DNA of 64,000 nucleotides from Candidatus Woesearchaeota archaeon (GTDB lineage Archaea; Nanobdellota; Nanobdellia; SCGC-AAA011-G17; CAYUTI01): NCBI GenBank assembly GCA_964447685.1, contig CAYUTI010000002.1, positions 13,966 to 77,965 of the forward strand, read 5' to 3'. Shown piece by piece: positions 56,441 to 64,000 of this stretch (position 1 is its first letter; each line of letters starts with the position of its first letter). The notes under the pieces were generated by a model. It saw only the letters and a program-made list of their open reading frames with translations, ran no database searches and was not told where the DNA came from. The position numbers and the translations under genes were made by a program.

Positions 56441-59047
56441 CTACATTAAATTACTGTTTAGAATAATCGTACCTGGATCATCGATACGAGTTACACGTCG
56501 AAGCGTATGTGCATCACTTTTTGGCGAGTTGTTAATTACAACTGGAGGTTGAGCAGGAGGCATTTTAATTTGGAAAGGTTCACCTCCAGTTTTAATAGTT
56601 TTCTCAGTAGTTAGCTTTTCACCACGTTCTCTTTCTTTAACATCTTTAGCAAGTTCACGTCCTGAAGAAATAACTGGTTCAATTGCTTCTGGTGTTACTG
56701 TTTGTACAGTCTGACCTTCTAAAGACGTAGGCACAGCTTCAACAACATCTTTTGGTTTACCTTTAATAACTTTATGGGTAACACCACTTAACTTAGTTAT
56801 TCCATGTTTCTTAGCAAGATCGGCATCGGCTTTCATTTCTGCTGATCGTTTAGCTAAACGTTCACCATTGTTATCACCAAATCTAATAGGAACAGTAGCG
56901 ATTCCATAAAGCATTTCACCGGTTTCAGGATGTTTCATAGCTGCTTGAATCGTAATAGTTTTGCCACCATTCATTCTTTTCTTAGAACTATCAGGAGCTA
57001 TGGTTTGTGTAATAGGTTCAGAGTTTCCAATTCGTTCAGTTGAACGTTCACTGGTTCCTGGCTTAGCTGGAAAGAAATCCTGTGGTATTACTTGCTGACT
57101 TCCTTCACCTACTTTAACAATATAGGTTCCATCTTTACTAACATCTATTCCAGCTTGTTTAGCTGGTAACATCTGTTTATCAGCAGCTTCATTGCTAATA
57201 GGAATTGTTACAACAGGTTTACCTAATTCTGTTTTAGTTTCTGTAGTTGTAACATTACTATCAGGTTTTTCAACTTGAGTTGCAACAGCTTCTTGACTTT
57301 GTTGTTCCTGATTATCGACTTCAGTTTTATCTTCTTTTAGGCTGTCATTATATTCTTTAGCTGTTACAAACTTACCGTCTTTTAACATTATACTTTGGCC
57401 AGCTCTGAGTTTATTATGTTTCTCAATTCTCCAGATACCTTGATCATCTTTACCAAGTTCAAAAGCGTCATCACTTGACATTTTTTTAACATCAGTTTCA
57501 GCTTTCTTCCTCATAGTTTCTTTAAACTCTTCTGATTTCTTAGCCTGTTCTCTATCACGTTTATCTGTTAACGGAGCAAGTAACCAGTCCTCTCTTCCAA
57601 AATAATCAGAAGCTAATTTTTGAATACCGGTTCCTATTGCAAATCCTGCTGCTCCTGCTGCAACAACTCCAGTTGCTTTTGTACCAAATCCTAACTGACT
57701 TGTTGGAGTTTTAAGAGTTGTTTTTAATCTATTGGCAGCACTTCTTATCCGTCCAGGTTTCTTACCTGATTTCTTATTAACGTCTATGCTGTCTTTATCA
57801 AAAACATTATCTCCACGTTCTTTATCTTTATTAGTCTTAATAACAGCATATGCAGCTTCTTGTATAGTTTCTACTATTTGTTCTTGACCTTCACCGATTT
57901 CTTTAGTTTGTTGTTCAGCGGTTTCCTTAGCAGATTTAGCAAGTCTATCAGTAGATCGCTGTTGTTCAGCTTCAGCTTCGGCTTCTTGTGCTGATGTTTC
58001 TACAGGTTTAACAGCTTTTGTTTCCTTGAGTATCTCTACCAATGTTTTCTTATTGATAGATTTCTTTTCTTCTTTTAATAGTTCAACATAAAACTCTTCA
58101 ACATATTTCTTGGAATCTAATAAATTTTTCTTTTCTACACGGATATTTTCAACTGTTAACTCCAGACTTTTAATTTTTTCTTTGTCATCAGATTCAAGAG
58201 CTTGTTTTAATGATGTTAAAGTATTTTCAAGTTTATCCTTTAGAGCATCAATATCTTTATCAAGAATCTTTATATCAGTAGCACGTTCTGTTGTTAACTT
58301 AGTCTCAACTTCTTTAAACCGTGTTGTTCTTGCCTCTTTCTCTAACTCGTCATAAGTTTTCTTAGGAGTTTCAACTTTTTCAGCAAGTGCTTCTTGAACG
58401 TTTTTATTATTTTCCTCAGCTCTTTCATCGAAGTTTTTTCCAATTTTTTCCAGAAAAGGAATCTCTGTTGATTTTAATCTCTCACTTGCAGTTGATAAGA
58501 AACTTGCTTTAACTTGTTGCTTTAGAATATTAACAGCACTTACATCTTTATCTTTGATAAGTTTCATAAACCTGCCAAGGTTTTTAACACTAAACTTATT
58601 TTCTAAGTCAAAAGCTTCTAAGCGCTGTTTTTGTGATTTATTTTTAGCTTTACCAGAATAATCTTGATCATCATCTTCATCACTATCATCATAACTACTG
58701 TAATCTTTTTTACCTTTACGACGACTTGATTTAATATCAATGTCATCAAATATATCATCAAGTCCATCCAATCTATCAACAGTATCTTCGATACCATCTC
58801 CACCTCTTTTAAAGAAAGATAAGCCTTTGTTGATATATTCTTTGAAGCTGTTGAGGAACTCTTTAAAACTGATATTCATATCAGACTTATTAAAACCTGT
58901 GGTAATACTATCAGTAAGATCCCTTATGTTCTCAATGTTCTCTGCTTTTGTAGCAGGAGGAGCTAATATACCAAGACGTTTGCTGAAACGAGTTTCACCT
59001 ACACCTTCTTGTAAATAGTTTTCCCTGCTTTCTTCTCGAAGTGGCAT
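56441..59047 (-). CDS. tail tape measure protein, 868 aa
   Basis: Long K/E coiled-coil regions, a glycine-zipper TM-like segment GVVAAGAAGFAIGTGI, and position upstream of the baseplate genes. Confidence 0.65.
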   Translation of the reverse strand: MPLREESRENYLQEGVGETRFSKRLGILAPPATKAENIENIRDLTDSITTGFNKSDMNISFKEFLNSFKEYINKGLSFFKRGGDGIEDTVDRLDGLDDIFDDIDIKSSRRKGKKDYSSYDDSDEDDDQDYSGKAKNKSQKQRLEAFDLENKFSVKNLGRFMKLIKDKDVSAVNILKQQVKASFLSTASERLKSTEIPFLEKIGKNFDERAEENNKNVQEALAEKVETPKKTYDELEKEARTTRFKEVETKLTTERATDIKILDKDIDALKDKLENTLTSLKQALESDDKEKIKSLELTVENIRVEKKNLLDSKKYVEEFYVELLKEEKKSINKKTLVEILKETKAVKPVETSAQEAEAEAEQQRSTDRLAKSAKETAEQQTKEIGEGQEQIVETIQEAAYAVIKTNKDKERGDNVFDKDSIDVNKKSGKKPGRIRSAANRLKTTLKTPTSQLGFGTKATGVVAAGAAGFAIGTGIQKLASDYFGREDWLLAPLTDKRDREQAKKSEEFKETMRKKAETDVKKMSSDDAFELGKDDQGIWRIEKHNKLRAGQSIMLKDGKFVTAKEYNDSLKEDKTEVDNQEQQSQEAVATQVEKPDSNVTTTETKTELGKPVVTIPISNEAADKQMLPAKQAGIDVSKDGTYIVKVGEGSQQVIPQDFFPAKPGTSERSTERIGNSEPITQTIAPDSSKKRMNGGKTITIQAAMKHPETGEMLYGIATVPIRFGDNNGERLAKRSAEMKADADLAKKHGITKLSGVTHKVIKGKPKDVVEAVPTSLEGQTVQTVTPEAIEPVISSGRELAKDVKERERGEKLTTEKTIKTGGEPFQIKMPPAQPPVVINNSPKSDAHTLRRVTRIDDPGTIILNSNLM

Positions 59048-59066
59048 GTTGTCACCTGTTGTCCAT

Positions 59067-59450
59067 CTACACCTCTATATCTTTATCTTTATAGAGTCTG
59101 TTAATTATCAACTCACCATCAACGGTTAAGAACTGAGCTTGATTGGTGGCGTAGTCATATCGATAATCAATAAGTTTAATCTCTCTTTTCTTGTTATCGA
59201 TTTTTAAAAAAATCAGTTGTTGTGAAAGATAGGATTTAAAAAGGAACCGGAAATGTTCATCTCCATCAAAGATTTTAATTATTTTCCTGTATTCAAGTTT
59301 GTCTTTAACATCGCTACTGTTTTTGAAATAATCAAGGAATTTCATAATTGGCTCCTTAGTTATTGTGTTAATCAGGCGATCTGTTATTTCATTCTTTCTT
59401 CTTCCAGTCTTTCGCAATGGTTGCAAGTTGTTGAATACGCAAGAAGTCAA
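59067..59450 (-). CDS. hypothetical protein, 127 aa (tail assembly chaperone position)
   Basis: Position. Confidence 0.4.
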   Translation of the reverse strand: MTSCVFNNLQPLRKTGRRKNEITDRLINTITKEPIMKFLDYFKNSSDVKDKLEYRKIIKIFDGDEHFRFLFKSYLSQQLIFLKIDNKKREIKLIDYRYDYATNQAQFLTVDGELIINRLYKDKDIEV

Positions 59451-59485
59451 GTTGTTGTAACTCTACATAACTAACTATACCAGAT

Positions 59486-60886
59486 TTAACCAAAGCTAAT
59501 CCTGTCTCTAATATCTCCTTCATGTTCATGAAACGGCAACAGGAGTGCTTCACCTCCGAGAAGCTCAATACTTATTTTATTGTTACAAACCTGACGTTCA
59601 TCTTTAACTCTAACATAACGTAACTCTTTACCTTCTTTAATCTCTGTCAGCTCCTTGTTTGGATCTTCACCTATTCTGTTTTCACAATTAAAAACAAAAG
59701 CTGATATTCCGTGATCAAACAGTTTATCTATTTCATTAATAAGCTGCCAATCGTCTCTATCTCTTATCTGACTAAACTCATAATAAGCGGTTTCAACGTC
59801 ATCATAATCAATACACATTCCAGCAATCTGAGCACTGGTGTCATAGACTTTTTCCCCAAGTCGATTTAACACGTAGTCACCCTTCCGCTTTAAATAGACT
59901 AAATCTTTCCTGTAAAGTTCGATAAACTTACCTATTGTCAACGGCATAAATCGTCGTCTGCCTATTGAGTTAAAATCTATGTTAACAGGTAAGTTAGGTA
60001 TCAGTTCTATTTTTAAATCGTCGAAACCTATATTAATCAAAGAGAAGATTTTTTTATTTGAAGTGTTGCAACGTTCACAGTAATAAGGAGTCATAAACTG
60101 AGGATTTTCAATAGACCTGAGTTTACGTAAAAGATTAGTATATTGGAAATCAAAATAGGTTAGATCATACTTATCAAACCCCTGAGTCTCAACACCTTCT
60201 AAAACAAACTCATAATCCATATCAAGTGGTAATGAACTGTCACTTAATACTTCAATCTCTCTGTATGTGTAGCTGTCTACAATAACACGGCTATGTTCTG
60301 GATAAGGATAAAACTTAGAAGGCAGATCAGTTACCATAAATCTGAATTTGCTTCCATGACTGACAATTCTCGATTCTAAGCCCATAGGTTTTCTTTCATT
60401 ACGTAGGTTCTGTCTTGATTCATTAGTATTAGTATTAACATTAATAGTGTTAGTTAATGATCTAATATCATCGTCACTTATATCAAGTTGAGGCTTTTCT
60501 CTACCACTGCTTAAACTCGGAGCAGTTTTCCTAACCGGTTTTTTAGGTTCAGAATTGGTATCAGTAACAACATCTATTTTATTTATGGGTTTTTGAACAC
60601 GTTTATTTAAACGTTCGAGAGTTTCTTTACTTGGAGTGAATTTAGTAGCGGGGTTGTTTTGAGCTGCTCGGCGTGTTGCAATTCTTTCTTGAGCTGATTC
60701 AGAATCGCTGCTATTACTCCCTGTAGTTTTACCGTTATCCTGTTTAGTAACAACTTTGTCTTGATCTTGCCCATTTCTATTAGCGGGTTTCACAGAGAAT
60801 AATAATTCCGCATCTTTGCTTTCTATCACGGAATCTCTTTGGTTTTTGCTAGTAGAAATATTATTGACTGTTGGTTGAAATGCCAT
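59486..60886 (-). CDS. hypothetical tail-module protein with low-complexity N-terminus, 466 aa
   Basis: ORF track. Confidence 0.5.
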   Translation of the reverse strand: MAFQPTVNNISTSKNQRDSVIESKDAELLFSVKPANRNGQDQDKVVTKQDNGKTTGSNSSDSESAQERIATRRAAQNNPATKFTPSKETLERLNKRVQKPINKIDVVTDTNSEPKKPVRKTAPSLSSGREKPQLDISDDDIRSLTNTINVNTNTNESRQNLRNERKPMGLESRIVSHGSKFRFMVTDLPSKFYPYPEHSRVIVDSYTYREIEVLSDSSLPLDMDYEFVLEGVETQGFDKYDLTYFDFQYTNLLRKLRSIENPQFMTPYYCERCNTSNKKIFSLINIGFDDLKIELIPNLPVNIDFNSIGRRRFMPLTIGKFIELYRKDLVYLKRKGDYVLNRLGEKVYDTSAQIAGMCIDYDDVETAYYEFSQIRDRDDWQLINEIDKLFDHGISAFVFNCENRIGEDPNKELTEIKEGKELRYVRVKDERQVCNNKISIELLGGEALLLPFHEHEGDIRDRISFG

Positions 60887-60940
60887 TTTCTACCCTCATT
60901 TATATGTGTTTATCTGTATTTAATTTACATGTTCTGTTAT

Positions 60941-61657
60941 CTATTCTTTGGCTTCATAATAAGCTGCATACCTTTCTGGTTTAATTGACCCTGCTACAAC
61001 GAATTTAAGTACAGCTTCATCTGGATTAGAATCAGATGTTCCTTCATAAAACAAAGCTCCAGTTGGGAACACATAATAACTTCTTAAATAAATTTGTTCT
61101 CTAAGCGGAGTTAGTTTAACAATATCTACTTTCTTAACAGCGTCATGTAATGGTGCAACCCACTGTACATTTCCTGTAAGATCGGTGTCACCAAATATTT
61201 CTATATTAACCCAGTCACTAACCCAGTTTCTAACATCATGAAAAACTGTGTCATTAAATGTAACTGATAGTTCAAATAGTGGCCTTTTAAACGGAACACT
61301 GAAGTTCATAAGACCGGCTGGTTGATCGAATGTTTCTAAGTTAAATTGATTTAAACTAATTGCACTAGCTGGAAACCAGTTAACAAATTTAGTTGGCCCA
61401 TTTTCAAACCTAATATCCCATAAATGAGTTTGATCCCATTGATGCTTTCTAAGATCAGAAATTCCATGAAACCATACACCTCTATATTCAGGATCAGATA
61501 ACTTAGTCCTGTAGTTAGCCATATAAGGACTTGGTTTTGGAAATGTTCCTACTCTAGTTCTGTTGTTAGAATTGGATCTAAAATTATTCATAAATGGGCT
61601 TGGTTGTGTAAAAGGCCCTGATCTTTCATGAGTTACTTTATTAGTTCTAAAAGCCAT
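60941..61657 (-). CDS. hypothetical tail protein, 238 aa
   Basis: ORF track. Confidence 0.5.
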   Translation of the reverse strand: MAFRTNKVTHERSGPFTQPSPFMNNFRSNSNNRTRVGTFPKPSPYMANYRTKLSDPEYRGVWFHGISDLRKHQWDQTHLWDIRFENGPTKFVNWFPASAISLNQFNLETFDQPAGLMNFSVPFKRPLFELSVTFNDTVFHDVRNWVSDWVNIEIFGDTDLTGNVQWVAPLHDAVKKVDIVKLTPLREQIYLRSYYVFPTGALFYEGTSDSNPDEAVLKFVVAGSIKPERYAAYYEAKE

Positions 61658-61686
61658 AACACGTCTCCTAAATCACGAGTTATAAA

Positions 61687-61728
61687 AGCGGGTGAATTGT
61701 TAAAATTAAATAATAACAATATCACCCG
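61687..61728 (-). terminator. extended hairpin (gcgggtga+attgtta ... taacaat+tcacccgc) downstream of the tube gene
   Basis: An 8-bp plus 7-bp stem read directly; a weak T-run (ttttat) follows on the - strand. Confidence 0.45.
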
Positions 61729-61745
61729 CTATTGAGAAGTAATGA

Positions 61746-62285
61746 TTAGAGAGATGCACCTTCAATAAAGTATTCATAACCTAAGTTAATTATAGGTTTG
61801 AAAGGATCGGCACTTTCCCCTCCAGGTGTTCCACCAGGATCAGCTCCTTCAAGTTGACATCCTATTAGTTTATAAAACCAGATAGGTTGATCTAAACTGT
61901 CAAGAAGTGCTATAATCCAAGTTGATTCTAAATCAAGTTTGTACTCTGTTAATCCAGAGCTACCATCACGGGTTCGCCAATGTGCCTCTCTCCAATCTGC
62001 GATGAAATTACGAATAACAACATCAACGGTTTCAACAGCAGTTAAATTAATAACTCCGTTGTAGTTACCTATTCCAGGTTGTTTTCTTTTATGTCCACGA
62101 ATATTTACTTCTGTAGGTGGATTAGTCATTGCTGGAAGTTCAATTGATTCAGCACGATAATTGATATCATCACTACTATATCCACTAACTACACTAGGAA
62201 ACTTTTCAACTTCAACATACCAACGAAAACTTTGAGTGTAATTCGTTATGCTTCTTAACACCTCAAGTGTAGGTCTTGTTGCCAT
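61746..62285 (-). CDS. tail tube protein, 179 aa
   Basis: Immediately downstream of the sheath; size typical of tube proteins. Confidence 0.65.
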   Translation of the reverse strand: MATRPTLEVLRSITNYTQSFRWYVEVEKFPSVVSGYSSDDINYRAESIELPAMTNPPTEVNIRGHKRKQPGIGNYNGVINLTAVETVDVVIRNFIADWREAHWRTRDGSSGLTEYKLDLESTWIIALLDSLDQPIWFYKLIGCQLEGADPGGTPGGESADPFKPIINLGYEYFIEGASL

Positions 62286-62328
62286 ATTATTACTCCTTTC
62301 ATATGAAAGTATTCAATTAAAAAAAAGA

Positions 62329-62366
62329 AAAGGGTTAACATATATAGTTATGCTAACCCTTTTTTA
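62329..62366. terminator. bidirectional rho-independent terminator (agggttaaca-loop-tgctaaccct, flanked by an A-run and a T-run) between the sheath and tube genes
   Basis: Stem with one mismatch, read directly. tttcttttttttaatt follows on the - strand. Confidence 0.6.
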
Positions 62367-62404
62367 TTAAGAGTTATTATGAAAGTAATTGTTATTAGTT
62401 AAGC

Positions 62405-63979
62405 TTATGCAATTGAGAACGTTGCGCCAGTACGAGTGATTATGGTTAAGAACTTAACATACTCAGATGATTTAACAGGCTGTACAAATAGCCAAACATT
62501 CATCTTATTAGCATCAATTACTTCAGGAGTATTGTTGCTTTCATCACAAACAGTCTGATAAGCATAAACACCACGTCTGCTTCTGATATTCTCCATGTAG
62601 CTATTAATACCGCTGCTAACCAGAGTTCGTGTAGGAGCATCATTAAAGTCAAATACGAAGTCTTCAAGGAATTCAGCAATTGCGGGTTCAATAACTATAA
62701 GAAGTAGGCGTACATTAATTCTGTCAAGTGCAGAAGGTCTTGCCAACAACGTTTTCTGCCCCCAAATTCGGATACCTTTACCAGGATAAAAGTCAATGGG
62801 ATTAATTCCGTTATCATAAAGAATATCCATTTCACCTTCGGTAAAGCGTCTACGAACGTCAATTACATTAAGTTGACCTCGTTTTGCTCCAGCAGGTGGA
62901 AACCAAATCTCATAGTTTTCAGCAGTCTGAGAAATTGCAGCACCAACATAACCATCGGTAGGTACATAAATCTGTCTGTCGTTAAACCTATCCTGGATCT
63001 TTAGATGGCTTGTATAAAGAGCTGCATAACTTGTAGATGCATTAAGTTCTTCTTTCCTGTAGGCAAGAATTGCGTTAATGTAATCTGCTGAAACTTCATC
63101 ACTATAAGGAACACTTAAAATACCAAAAGCGTCTTTTCTGTTTTCACAAAGATCAATGATTCCTTGCTTTTGATATGATGGAGTTGCCCAACCACCATCA
63201 AGCATTAACGTAATAAAGATATCTCTTCTGTTCCTGAAAGGTTCAATAGCTTGAAGCATGTGAGTATCGGTAATAGTTCCACCATCATCACCTTGAGTAA
63301 GCATAAGAGGCTGATCTTGATCCTGAGGATATATACTTTCATCAATAGTAGTGTTATCAATTGCTCTTATATATTTGCTACCTTCAAGAACGTTTTCAAT
63401 ATAAACATTCTGGCCATACCCATCTTTCTTGTTAATATATCTACTGCATAGCCATGGATCTTCTATAAGAAGCAAGTTACCCTCTGTTTGTTTCTGGTAA
63501 ACATAAATCAAGAAACAATCAGGTTCTTTTACGGTTTCCGCTGCAACTTGTTGAAGTGCTGTCCAGGTGTCACTGTCTCCATAAGGATAGTGAAGAGTTT
63601 TAATGTAAATGTCATCTGTCCATGCACCTTGATTTGATCCGTAGATTAACAATAGTTTTTGTTCTAAGCCGAGTAACTCATTATTGTTTAGATTGTAAAT
63701 CGTGTGTGTACCTGTTCCACCATCATTAATATCAATGAACTGCTCGATTTCAAGAGCTGCTACAGACTGAGCAAGTTTGATTTTGTTGTTATCAAAATCT
63801 GCTATGAAAACATAGTAGTCAGTTGATGCAACAAGTCCTGAAGGAAGTACAGTATCAGAAGCAACTTGTACTTTCTCGTTACCAACAAGCCAGCTCATGA
63901 AGCTTGAACTTACGGTAATTGTATCATTACTCAAGTCACCTTCTAACGTATCAGAAGCAATTTTGTTCTGAAGTGTCAT
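62405..63979 (-). CDS. contractile tail sheath protein, 524 aa
   Basis: C-terminal IRIWGQKTLL...RINVRLLL...FVFDFNDAPTR matches the conserved sheath C-domain pattern. Confidence 0.8.
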   Translation of the reverse strand: MTLQNKIASDTLEGDLSNDTITVSSSFMSWLVGNEKVQVASDTVLPSGLVASTDYYVFIADFDNNKIKLAQSVAALEIEQFIDINDGGTGTHTIYNLNNNELLGLEQKLLLIYGSNQGAWTDDIYIKTLHYPYGDSDTWTALQQVAAETVKEPDCFLIYVYQKQTEGNLLLIEDPWLCSRYINKKDGYGQNVYIENVLEGSKYIRAIDNTTIDESIYPQDQDQPLMLTQGDDGGTITDTHMLQAIEPFRNRRDIFITLMLDGGWATPSYQKQGIIDLCENRKDAFGILSVPYSDEVSADYINAILAYRKEELNASTSYAALYTSHLKIQDRFNDRQIYVPTDGYVGAAISQTAENYEIWFPPAGAKRGQLNVIDVRRRFTEGEMDILYDNGINPIDFYPGKGIRIWGQKTLLARPSALDRINVRLLLIVIEPAIAEFLEDFVFDFNDAPTRTLVSSGINSYMENIRSRRGVYAYQTVCDESNNTPEVIDANKMNVWLFVQPVKSSEYVKFLTIITRTGATFSIA

Positions 63980-64000
63980 CGTATGTGTACCGGTTCCATC

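Overview
This 64 kb window looks like a contiguous stretch of an AT-rich (roughly 28-30% GC by eye) contractile-tailed phage or prophage genome. After a short + strand block (1-1600), about 80 genes are packed on the - strand. An SF2 helicase, a holin plus T4-type lysozyme cassette, and a complete P2/T4-like tail module can be recognised. The tail module reads, in transcription order: sheath, tube, tape measure, LysM-like gpX, gpD-like, gp5/gpV spike, a PAAR-like tip, a gp7-sized 1025-aa protein, gp25/W and a baseplate-J/gp6-like protein, followed by fibre genes. Embedded in the fibre region is the most unusual content. (1) Two tandem radical-SAM/SPASM enzymes are flanked by three paralogous Cys-rich small proteins that share a MAF[TK]W N-terminus, suggesting a RiPP-like or QhpD/QhpC-like peptide-maturation cassette. 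(2) At least 13 otherwise dissimilar genes begin with the same N-terminal heptapeptide MKYV[KN][IV]K. (3) Modular fibre genes share swapped N- and C-domains and carry ~80-bp internal DNA repeats. (4) Three glycosyltransferases are present, one fused to a SAM-methyltransferase. (5) An HNH endonuclease sits next to a ~400-nt GC-rich non-coding island. Composition and gene content resemble T4-like phages of low-GC hosts such as Campylobacter phages, which are reported to carry radical-SAM genes; this is an inference from memory, not verified. No rRNA, tRNA or CRISPR arrays were found.
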